Origin: Dicyema japonicum
Lineage: Eukaryota; Animalia; Dicyemida
Reading direction: 5' to 3'
NCBI GenBank assembly: GCA_011109175.1
Contig: RDEW01000046.1
Span: 263,545 to 327,544, forward strand
Length of the DNA: 64,000 bases
Shown: piece by piece, positions 1-10,039 of the stretch
How the letters are laid out: the number at the start of each line of letters is the position of its first letter
Numbering within the stretch: position 1 is the stretch's first letter
Notes under the pieces: model-generated
The model's database searches: none
What the model was told of the DNA's origin: nothing
What the model saw: the letters and a program-made list of their open reading frames with translations, nothing else
Translations under genes and position numbers: made by a program

Positions 1-2375
1 GTTTCAAGCACCCGGCAAGACACAGGACCACGTGGGTTGGTACCAGAAAAGGCAAATCTGGAAACACAGTCAATATATACAATCAGATCGACTATATTAT
101 CTGCAAGCAACATCAGAAGGCCCTCCTACAGGACTCGAGATCTTACGGTGGACTTGAAACAAGTAGCGATCATAAACTTGTGGTCGCCCGGCTAGTACTT
201 AAAAGAATCCATGGAATACACGGGAAACACAAAGGCCTTACCTCAGTACGTTTCGACACTGAGAGGTTACGCTACGAAGAATCCACCAAATGTCGTTATA
301 GTGCAGTTCTGAGAGATAGCATCAACAGTATTAACCAAAATCAGCCGACAAACAGCTTATGGGATGAAATAGTGGTTGCTATCCAAAACACAGCCTTTAG
401 TGTGCTTGGTCACATCACCAAATCTCGTCACAAACAATGTAATCCGGATATCGGACAACTCTCTGTAACACAGAAAGAGCTCAGACTCCGGATGGAAAAC
501 ACAAACGCTCCGGAAGATATCAAAGTACTGCGCACCCAGAGAGGGAGAGTCTTAACGAAGATCAAACAAATACAAAGATTCCTTGCCAAAAATGAAGCTG
601 AGGAGAAAATCTCAGACATATTAAAGTACAAGAACGGACCAAGAATGTTCAAAGCAATCCGGCTTCTTAGCAGAGAAAACTGTCCAATTTCGTTAACTGT
701 CCATGACAACCTTGGTCACGACGTTATCGGGACCATTAACAAAGCAAACGTTCTGGCATCCCATTTTGACCTTATGTTCAACAAACAGGACGCGGCTGAC
801 CAAGCAATGAAATCTCGGAAGTCTTACAAGTACACTCTAACTAGCCCTATTACCATATCCGAAACTCAACAAGCTATTAAAAAATTAAATACCGGAAGAT
901 CTGCCGGACCAGACTTCATTACTGCAGAACTTTTACAATACGGCCCGGAGGAGCTAATTGAAATGATTACTAACATTTTCAACCGGTCTCTCGAGGGTGC
1001 AGATGAACTGGAACTGGGAAAAGGGTGGCTAATTCCACTACAAAAACCGGGAAAAAGTAAAGGCCCCCCTCACAACTTCAGACCTATTATACTCCTAACC
1101 TCCATACGAAAAACATTATCCCTCATTGCTTTAAACCGAATAAAGGAGAGGGTGAACATATTTCTTTCGGACGGCCAAAGTGGATTCCGGACGGGCAGGT
1201 CCACGGCTGACGTGGTATGGGGGCACAGGTGGTATTGTGCCCTGTGCCAAAAATACAAAAAATCTATTGAGATACTTGGTATCGACATGTCCCGTGCGTT
1301 CGACTCGGTGGACCGTGGAAAACTTATGGAAGTGTTGGAGAGTTTTCTACTGCCTGACGATGTCAAAATAATACACTTACTCATGCGGAACACTCAACTT
1401 GCCGTCAAAATTGGTGACTCTACCTCTAACTTTTTTTCGACCTCACGTGGAGTTCCACAGGGGGACTCACTATCCCCGGTCCTCTTTATTGTCTACCTTG
1501 AGGCCGCACTAAGAGAGTTCAGACCCCTGGTTGGCAACAATTATAACGAGATAATCTACGCGGACGACCTGGACTTTGTTTCTGAGGATATTCAAGTACT
1601 TCAACACATGCTTAACGTTCTTCCACACGTATTCTCGAAATGGTTCTTAACCGTTAACACCGATAAAACAGAGTTCACAACACTTACACGCAATGATCGA
1701 AGATCGGACGAGTCTTGGAGAAAGCAAAAGAAGGTGGGTTCGCTTCTCGGGGACTCAGAAGATGTTTCTCGGAGGAAAATCCTCGCAATGTGTGCACTAA
1801 AGAAAGTATCGAATATGTGGGGTCATAAGAAGAGGATGGGATTAAACACCAAACTCAGAATATACAAGGCTTTTGTCATCCCCGTCCTGACCTACAATTC
1901 AGGCACTTGGGGAATCTCTAAACAAGAGATGGACCGTCTTGACGCTTTCCACAGGACACAATTGAAATCAGTAATCAAGATCAAGTGGCCTAAGAAGATC
2001 TCAAACAATGACCTCTACTCGAAGTGCAAATCTGGTATACTATCCGAGGAGATCTTCAGATCAAGATGGAGTCTCTTTGGACATATCTTACGTCTAAATG
2101 CTCAAGTAGCCGCGAATATCGCCATGGAAAACTACTTAATGCATACGGGAGCCGGTTTCCGTGGAAGACCAAGAGTCACACTCCCAACTATTTTGAATGG
2201 AGACCTGTCGGCTGTGGGACTGAAGCTCACTTCCGCAGACGACCTAGATACCTTAAGGGAACTGGCTCGAAGTAGAGGGTCCTGGAAAAGGCTGATAGAG
2301 AGGATGGCTAGAAATACGGCACAAGGGAGGCTTGATTAATTTTATGACTTCTCGGGAGTGCTTTAAATAATAATA
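1..2375 (+). mobile_element. RTE-clade non-LTR retrotransposon, 5' end outside the window, ORF intact
   Basis: The frame is open from nt 3 (FKHPARHRTTW...NQIDY...SDH, APE C-terminus) through RT motifs (GIDMSRAFD, QGDSLSP, YADD) and an RTE-type C-terminus (LTYNSGTW, RWSLFGHILR, GRPR). A (TAA)n tail follows at about 2365-2380. Confidence 0.9.
3..2339 (+). CDS. RTE ORF (APE endonuclease C-terminus + reverse transcriptase), 5'-partial
   Basis: The 719-aa track ORF extends upstream in the same frame to the window edge without stops. Confidence 0.9.
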   Translation, partial: FKHPARHRTTWVGTRKGKSGNTVNIYNQIDYIICKQHQKALLQDSRSYGGLETSSDHKLVVARLVLKRIHGIHGKHKGLTSVRFDTERLRYEESTKCRYSAVLRDSINSINQNQPTNSLWDEIVVAIQNTAFSVLGHITKSRHKQCNPDIGQLSVTQKELRLRMENTNAPEDIKVLRTQRGRVLTKIKQIQRFLAKNEAEEKISDILKYKNGPRMFKAIRLLSRENCPISLTVHDNLGHDVIGTINKANVLASHFDLMFNKQDAADQAMKSRKSYKYTLTSPITISETQQAIKKLNTGRSAGPDFITAELLQYGPEELIEMITNIFNRSLEGADELELGKGWLIPLQKPGKSKGPPHNFRPIILLTSIRKTLSLIALNRIKERVNIFLSDGQSGFRTGRSTADVVWGHRWYCALCQKYKKSIEILGIDMSRAFDSVDRGKLMEVLESFLLPDDVKIIHLLMRNTQLAVKIGDSTSNFFSTSRGVPQGDSLSPVLFIVYLEAALREFRPLVGNNYNEIIYADDLDFVSEDIQVLQHMLNVLPHVFSKWFLTVNTDKTEFTTLTRNDRRSDESWRKQKKVGSLLGDSEDVSRRKILAMCALKKVSNMWGHKKRMGLNTKLRIYKAFVIPVLTYNSGTWGISKQEMDRLDAFHRTQLKSVIKIKWPKKISNNDLYSKCKSGILSEEIFRSRWSLFGHILRLNAQVAANIAMENYLMHTGAGFRGRPRVTLPTILNGDLSAVGLKLTSADDLDTLRELARSRGSWKRLIERMARNTAQGRLD

Positions 2376-2679
2376 AATAACACAATTAAACTGCCAACTA
2401 GTTTGATCACGGATTCATACATGGTAATTCATTACCATCAGAGACACTTGTGATGGGTACACTAAGCAGAATTTTTAATAAAGAGGATCATCTCAAAATG
2501 CTTAAAAGGGCAACCAGTAAATTTTCATTGTCGGTAAATTCAAGGGACCAAGTAGACGGGTTCCTAGATAGAAGAGGTCGAAATTTTTATTTTTTTATTT
2601 TATCTTTAAAATGTGATTTTGGAGATGTTTGAACCAATTATGGCTTCAATGACTCTTGGATTATGTATCTTCTGACTGT

Positions 2680-2895
2680 CATGTATTATTATTTAAGCCA
2701 GAGAAACACCGTCTTAACCAATAACTAATATTCAGGTGATCCCGGCATCTCTCAATAATCGGGCCATTTTTTCTCGATGCTCCGACCGTGATCCCACGCA
2801 TTTTATATACGGACGGGGGTCTTTTTCCTTTCCTCTTCTGAAATTGCCTCCAGTTGCTTCTATGATAGACTCGAGTGCTCTGGGGCAATTTCTTT
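2680..2895 (-). mobile_element. 3' fragment of I/Jockey-like LINE
   Basis: Ends in GGGATCAC...taaataataata, like the other family 3' ends in the window. Confidence 0.55.
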
Positions 2896-3135
2896 ATCTG
2901 TATATTTTTCTAGTAATTTTTTTGCTCTTGAATTTTTGTTAGGTTCGTTGCCGACAGGTTAGATCCCCATGCAGCACATGCATAGCCTATGGTGTGGTGA
3001 ATTGAATTTCACATTCCCGCAACAACTCCAGCTTTCTAGCAACATTGAAATTTTTTTATAATTTATTTTTAATGTGACTATGGTCAACAAAAAACTGCAC
3101 TTAGCCATATTAGCAATATCTCTGTGACTCATGGT

Positions 3136-3438
3136 TTTTTAACAGCCTTTTCACGTGAGTCATAATATCTATAGCTCCGCATAGGCAGGACACACACTTT
3201 ATTTAAGTAAAGAACAGTTAATTTTTTTAACTAATCGTAGAACCAAGGAATGATCTTTATTTCTTTTTCTTGTGTGTGGGTCCTTTTTAAACTATCCAGT
3301 TCCGCAGTAAATATCCACTGATGACGGCGTCACTCGTCAAGCCCTTTTAGCATCGTAGATGCGTGGAATCTTCCACCAGGTGAACAGCAGCGAGAATCGA
3401 ACTCGTAACCTAAGCCACTTTGCCCCCACTATGCCACG
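3136..3438 (-). mobile_element. tRNA-derived SINE, full length, with 12-bp TSD
   Basis: Pol III A-box TGGCATAGTGG (3426-3436) and B-box GAGTTCGATTCTC (3392-3404) on the minus strand. Flanked by direct repeat GTGACTCATGGT (3124-3135, 3439-3450). Homologous copies at about 33174-33291 and 42640-42930. Confidence 0.75.
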
Positions 3439-3539
3439 GTGACTCATGGTGTGGTTGCAAAAAAATATTTCCCATTACATAATGTACTCTTACATTATGT
3501 AATTAATAGAATTAAAAATCTAAATTTGTCTATTCAAAG

Positions 3540-3850
3540 TATTCGTAAGATTTAATCTGAAATTCGGTTGCTACGCAATTAATGAAATCTGGGAACGGTA
3601 GCTTGGCGCTCGTCCTGTAACCGCTACATAGCAAACTATTTTTAGTTGCTTGAAGAAAGAAATAAGTTGCCTCTGTTTGGTACAAATGTAAGCAGTTTTC
3701 TCCAAAGCAGGTGATCCACAAGAAAATTATCTGGGATCTTCAGCTTTTGGCTGTAACGTTCTTGTTAGCCACCAGTTTTTTTTGCACACGAAGGGTCCGG
3801 GGGTAAATATGTAAATTGATATGAGACTCAGGGACCCTAGAGAACGAAGA
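3540..3850 (-). mobile_element. Degenerate LINE APE remnant
   Basis: YLPPDPSC resembles the NIYLPPPGSC motif of the 12.2-kb LINE endonuclease. Confidence 0.3.
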
Positions 3851-3973
3851 AGGTTTTCAAAACGCCTAATAATCATCATCGTTCAAGGTAACATCCATTA
3901 TCTATACAATTGAGCCTGATTTGTTTAAATAAGGATTAAAATTAAACAAGAATTAAATGTCTCTATAACAACC

Positions 3974-5085
3974 ATGTGGAATAAAGCAATGTCAGTTGCA
4001 TATTATGGATACAAATACAATAAACCTGAGGTTAGAACACGTCGACTAAAACTGAAAGATTATCTAAATTTAAATATTAGAAAAGATAATAAAATAATAA
4101 TTAAAAGTCTAAATAATAATCATTTTAGGTAGAAGGACTCAAGTTATTCAAGTTGAACAAATTTTTGAGTTTATTGAAGATCTTGATCGAATATCAACTG
4201 AATTGTTAAAATATTCAGTATACAAAAGGTTTTTACATTATTTTAAAATTTAAGTCAGAAACTAAAGACTCTCCATACAGTGACAGACCATTTTAAATCT
4301 GGATACCCACAAGCGATCGCTGTCTCTCCAAGAACTGGAAAAATTGCCGTAGTGGATCGTTTTCAAGGAAAGGTATCTTATTTCAACAGCTCTGTTATTT
4401 TTATTAATTCATTTGAAATTCCAAACAATGATTACAAATCAATATCTTTAACTTTTCTCATAAATGAGTCTTTGTTAATATGTATGAATTGTGGTTCAAG
4501 AAATCTGATTGTAATTATAATTTTAATAAGCAGATTCACGAAAATACAGAAAAAATAGACGAAATTGACTATTATCCACCACCACTTTGTGTTTCCTCAA
4601 ATAGTACTGTTGTTGCAATTCTTGACGAGTCATTGAAATTGACATTATTTAAAGAAACCCCCAAAAGCAATCCAATTATGTCAATATTATTTTCTGATAT
4701 ATTTACAACGTTTAATGATATTTTTAATCAATTCAGTTTGTGTTTAAATCAAGATATAATATATGTAGCAAGCAAAACAGAAAGTTTCATATGTATGTAT
4801 AAAATGAGTGATAAATCAATTCATAAAATTAAACTCAAAGTCGAGGATCTGACAATACGCCCCTCAGCAATTTGCTGTGATTTGAAGGGACATCTTATTA
4901 TTGCTGATTTATTTAATCACAGAATTTGGGAGATAAATTCAGATCATGTCATTATTATGGATGTTCAAAATGACATTCACGGAATAACAGGAGTGGCTAT
5001 TTCACCAAATAGTAATTTGATAATATTAGAAATATGGATTTGTCCACAAGTTGCATCAATCAAAGTAATCCTTAATAAATACTAA
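3974..5085 (+). CDS. NHL-repeat / beta-propeller-like protein, 4 exons
   Basis: Continuous frame after removing GT-AG introns 4107-4128 (22 nt), 4229-4254 (26 nt) and 4511-4533 (23 nt). NHL-like blades PQAIAVSPRTGKIAVVD, PSAICCDLKGHLIIAD and ITGVAISPNSNLII. Confidence 0.6.
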
Positions 5086-5301
5086 TCTGTGAAATTCTAA
5101 TAATTAAATTTATTTTACCAATAACAAAATCTTATGACTGGATGTAATTGGAAAGAATAAAAGTAGCACAAATTAAAGTGTTTACTCAAAGTTAGCCTTT
5201 TTTCCTAATTATCAATTATACACTGCTCACGGCCAGCTATCGATCACACAAATTGATAATGCTAAATTTACGAATTAGGCATTGATTAAATTATCAACAT
5301 A

Positions 5302-6530
5302 TTTTTTTAAATTTTTTTTAACTTTATTTAACAAAAAAGTAACAGTAACAACTGCTCTCATAATTGATGACGCATTTCCTCTGACGATTTGCAAAAAAAT
5401 GCGCTCAATGAGCCAGCTCCTTTCTCTCCGATCATTTTTTCTCTTCGCGATGAGCGAACCGATTCTATTTAGCAAGATCAGAGACCTGCTTCCTATAATT
5501 CCTGACATTTCTACTGCGACTGGTTCGAAAATGAACTGTCCACCAAGACATGCGTATTTCTTTACTTTAGAATCTCAGCCTTTTTTGAAGCAGAGCCTAG
5601 GTAGTTGCTGTCGTTGCAAGGTTGGAGGGAGAGAGGCCACCGACACAGGTGGCGTCCCAGGAAAGGTATTTACCACTTTCTAATGGGAAGAGAGTGGTTC
5701 CTTTTGGTCTTCGGTTTGCTTGAGCAAGCTTAAGCGACTGGTTCAGCGTCCGAACCGTTAATGTAGTGTAGGATCTGGCGTGAGACCACTAGAAGCATAT
5801 ATTGAAAATAGACAGGCCGGGATAAGCGTATTCCGATTCCTCCGTAGCGAAGAGGTAGTTTACATTGGATAAATCCAGTTTTATCAAAAGAAATGTTGAT
5901 CGTTTCTTTAACGGCAGTCCTCAGCTTATCGTTGATGGCTCTTAAAAAATTCATGTCCGTGAAACATGGGGCTGTCAGTATAGGAAAAAAGAGTAAGGTG
6001 AAAATTCCTGAGGAAGAATAAAGACATGTGGGAGTCCATGGTTTGTAAATTTAATGTAAATTGTTGAAATGATGTATTTTTTTCCTCCAGGAAAGTTGAT
6101 AAATTATTGCAGTATAGAGGAGAGCCAAGAAAAATTGCGTTTTCGAGTTGGGTGACCGATAAATCGCGGAGATAAGTAGAAATAGCAGCCACTGCACGGC
6201 CGAAGTCTTCCTCTCCGCAAACAACGTTTATAATTTTACATTTATATGGGTTCGGTTCCGCAAGTGCAGAGTTGGCAGACTCGACTTCCGCCATCACAAT
6301 ATCTCAATTACCTCCGACGGTCACGTCGTCCAGGTACCATAGGTTCAATGAAGTTCGCATCGTCGATGCTGCACAGTCGATACCCAAAGCAAAGAGCAAG
6401 GTGCCAAGAGGGTCACCTTGTTGAACTTCAGTCTTGGATTCGACGATGTGTTGCCAGAATATCAGCGTACATGGGAACCATAAACAAATTTTTATATTCT
6501 GTGATTTCCGGGATCCTGGAGATGCAAATA
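5302..6530 (-). mobile_element. CRE-clade (RLE-type) non-LTR retrotransposon, 5'-truncated and degenerate
   Basis: VQQGDPLG, WYLDD, CKLPLRYGGIGIR, YLSWDATC and the restriction-like endonuclease C-terminus (FEPVAVE...ERIFLQIVRGNA). A-rich tail at the 3' end. Confidence 0.8.
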
Positions 6531-6900
6531 ATAATAACAATATAGTTAATCAATTGACATCGCTTGTGCCGCACCCCGGATAATTCTTGCCGTCAGACGC
6601 TCCACGCTCCTCTTGAGATTGCGATTTTTTCTGAGGTCGTCTAAGTCATCAAGGGTTTCCAGTCGCATTTTGAAATTTTTAGGTCGTTATTTAAGGTCAG
6701 AGGAAATGATGTCCGTGGCCCCGAAATGAACCAGTGCTTAGGAAGTATAGTTCCATGATATCATTTGCGCGAGCAGGAGGAGGAGGTGATGACATCCTTT
6801 CTCTGGCACTATGTCTAATTCACACCCTCAGGAGATGCTAGCTTCTATGATTCTATCTTGCGACATAATTTATTGATTATTTGTTGGTTAAATAAAAATT
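6530..6900 (-). mobile_element. RTE 3' fragment with (TTA)n tail abutting the CRE 5' truncation
   Basis: ANDIMELYF...LNNDLK...LDDLDDLRK matches the C-terminus of the intact RTE. Tail ttattattatt at about 6528-6538. Confidence 0.7.
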
Positions 6901-7039
6901 TATTTATTAAATTATCAACATAATTTTTTGTCATCGCTTTGTATACTTCTCATGGGATCACACCATACAATGTTTATCTTTCCTATACAATGTGTTGTTT
7001 TCAGTTCTTAAGTCCCGATTTTAAATATATAAAGAATAA

Positions 7040-7290
7040 AATAGGGGATAGATATTAAGTTTTCTATCTTTGTTATGGGCTTGATGAATTTTAGCGCAAG
7101 AATTATAATACCCTGTCCCAACGGGAAAATGCTCCTATGTTTGATAATATCATTCATGATCAAAGTAATATCCTCAAAAATTTTATATGCCTCGTATTTA
7201 ATGAGTTCTGTTTTGAGTCCATTCGGGTCAAGACTTTTGTCATTTTTAAATTTTAAGCATGCCAGCTGTGCATGTTGGGAAGATAGAATC
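7040..7290 (-). mobile_element. Old RTE RT N-terminal remnant
   Basis: LKFKNDKSLDPNGLKTELIKY...LGQGIIIL aligns to LNTGRSAGPDFITAELLQY...LGKGWLIP of the intact copy. Confidence 0.5.
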
Positions 7291-8439
7291 TAGTCTAAGT
7301 ATCGCTTTTCAACAATAAATGATGTAATCTCATGACCATTTGATGTAAATAGCTACCTAAATATTTTTAACATCGGTTTGATCTTCCATAAAATCGAAAT
7401 CTTTGTCCTTTGCCTCTTTGATGAATCTGAAATGTATATTTTGACTCTTAATAATTGGTCTATTTCAGATGGCTACAGATTCTTCAGTTCTGTCAAGATC
7501 CAGAAAATCTATTTTGTTCATCCGCGGCACGACAGACATCTGCCCCCCCCACCGACTTCTTGTGTAGACACAAGCATGACAGTTTCTGGAAGTAGTTGGG
7601 TTCAATGATGACCACGGTATAATAATGGCAGGACGATAAGAAGAACTGAGATCACATAATTAGTTTGAAACCCGCTTGTCTATTTCCAAGGCAAATAAAA
7701 CCGATTGGTTAAAAAGTTCGATACTAATACTTTCTTTCTTGGTGTTTCCTCGAGTTATGTGAACAAATTAAAATTACATGTGGTCATGTGGATTCCGTGT
7801 TATTCATTTATTTCTGGTGTCACATAATACTAAACGGTATTACAAAAGAACCATATCCACCAACTTATTCTTTCTGATGGAAGTGTAATGAACATCTTAT
7901 ACTTTAAAGAGGTCAAGAAGAATTCATCTCAGTCTCATCTATGCAATTGTATATGTCAAAAATCATGGAATTACAGTCACTCCTATCAAAACATTATGTG
8001 AACGTTCCTGTTAACAAAAAGACTTAATCTTGTATCTTCAACTAAACCTTCCAAAGATACATCGTTGGAGAAAGGACCGTTTTGTACAAGGCGATAGGCT
8101 CATGAATATTAGCAACTCCATTATCGTATTCAGACATCGGATATCTATTTGGAAGAAGACAGACATCAGAACAACAAACTATAGCTTTGTAAAATAGCCA
8201 ATCACTCAAAATTTCGTAAACTGTTATATTTTTCTACTTGGATCATGTCCGAGTGGTTACTAGACTTAATGAACTCGGCCTCTTCAACAATGTAATTATC
8301 TTCAGTGACTTGAGCGCCAACAATGATTCAACAACCAAAACTTCGACATGAGAGGAAACCTAATTATTGATTCCATCGAAAAGCTGATGGTTTTAAAAAA
8401 TCCTAGCAATTAATTCATGACATTAATTCGACGTAATGG

Positions 8440-10035
8440 TAATTCAACCTCTCTGGGTCTACTAATATGCTAACCCAATTTATTATTAGATCACCGAGAA
8501 AGAAAGACAGAAAAAACGTCAGACAGTTTATAATCCCAGTTACCGCAATCAAACGAGCCATCCAACATCTGTGGTCTCCCATTGTTCCCACTACCGTGAG
8601 AAAGAGCCTTCTCTCATCCCACGTAGTATTCTACGTGGCCACTCCATTCCGAGTAAGCTTCTTAGTTGCCTTCTATGGAACGAATCCAGTTTCAAAGTTC
8701 GTTGAAGTAACTTCCCATGTCCCAGCGTTGTACAGTAGGATCGGTTACAGAAACGCGTTGTAAAGTCTGCATCTGATGTCAATTCCAAGTTTTTTGGCTC
8801 TTAGCCATCCTTTCTTCAGTTTAGCCATTTGCCAGTGTTTTTTTCCTTAGTACATCTTCAGCGTCTCCTAGTAGAGAGCCGAGCTTATTAGTACGTCTCC
8901 ATCTTTCATGAGTAATATCGTCTTCTCTTTTGATTTCCGCAATTTCAGTTTTGTTAACATTTACTCTAAGAAACCATTTCTCAAGCTCCGCAGGTGAAAG
9001 GACAAAACACCCTTCACATCAAAAACAAAGATGGAAAAATCGTGGGTAACCCGGAAGAAAAAACAGAATTGATTGCACGACATTTCGAAACACTATTGAA
9101 TAAAGAAAATAAGGACTTTCCCCTTTTCCAGGGAGAAGCAAAGGCGCTAAAAATTCCAATCACAGTGAAAAAGGTAAAATTAGCGCTAAATAAACTAAGA
9201 ACAACAAGAGTGCTGGGCCGGACAACATAAGATATTTCGAGTAGGTGTTGGAGTGCGGTCGCGTCCCGTGATACGAAATCCACATCATCCGCATAAGATG
9301 TTTCTTCTATGTCTCCTATATAGCATTTACGGAGATCGCGGAGTGCAGATTCAAGGTATATGGTGAATAGTAAAGGGGAGAGAGAATCACCCTGGGGTGT
9401 CCCAATCGTTGTTTTGAAACTGCGGGAAGTTGCTCCTTCTGTCCTCACAGATAGTCTTGTGTTCGCAAGTAGTAGTCTGATTATCCTAACGACGATTTAT
9501 CCAATATTTGTTCAAGCACATTCATCAGTTTCTGTCTGTTTATTGAGTCGAAAGCTCTGGAGAGATCTATTCCCAACACGGTCGTTGAGCTCTTGAATCT
9601 TTGGTGCGTTGCGCAGCGCCATCTGTGGCTTCATACAATGTCTGCCATAGACCTCCCTTCTCGAAACCAACTTGTATAGATCCGACACACCATTTATCAG
9701 ACTTAGTGCAATGTTTGCCAGCACCTTGCGCATCGAATTCAAAAGTATTATCGTTTCTCGTTTGTTTTACTGATAAATTTGTTAATCTCCTTGTTTAGTG
9801 TTATGTTATCCAAATATAGTCGATCTCATAAGCCAATTTTCACCAATCTCTCCGATCCGTCGCAAATTGGAGTAGCCTTGATATAATTCGTATTTGTTTA
9901 GTGTACGAATTCTTATTTATCTTCTTTTGACGGTATGTTTTTTTTCTTTAAACAGATTCTTTCTTTGACTAAATGTTTGGCTGTTGAATTGAATCGCCTG
10001 TTTGTCAGTTGTCTTCCCATTGGAATAAATAATTT
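8440..10035 (-). mobile_element. Degenerate RTE with internal deletion and an inverted, relocated linker segment (about 8998-9229)
   Basis: Minus-strand RT motifs (GIDLSRAFD, QGDSLSP, YADD) resume at 8994 (PAELEKWFLRVN). The plus-strand piece HIKNKDG...NKSAGPDNI sits between them. Confidence 0.75.
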
Positions 10036-10039
10036 TCTA

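Larger units (their letters stand above)
5285..6922. repeat. 17-bp direct repeat (putative TSD) ATTAAATTATCAACATA at 5285-5301 and 6906-6922
   Basis: Exact 17-mer on both flanks of the CRE+RTE block, next to the CRE A-tail. Confidence 0.7.

Noticed and set aside
2421-2438. Perfect 8-bp inverted repeat ATGGTAAT-TC-ATTACCAT
   Set aside because: Isolated, with a 2-nt loop and no context; compatible with chance in 64 kb of AT-rich DNA.
3390-3440. Functional tRNA gene
   Set aside because: A- and B-boxes are present, but the anticodon arm is too short and no acceptor stem closes. It continues into a repeated body with a TSD, so it is a SINE head.
5282-5683. 133-aa plus-strand ORF as a host gene
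   Set aside because: It is antisense to the CRE endonuclease coding region. Most short track ORFs are likewise shadows or fragments of retroelements or spliced genes.
7650-8430. RNase H-bearing LINE remnant or host gene
   Set aside because: One weak motif (VMWIPC) amid stops; no consistent exon or domain structure found.
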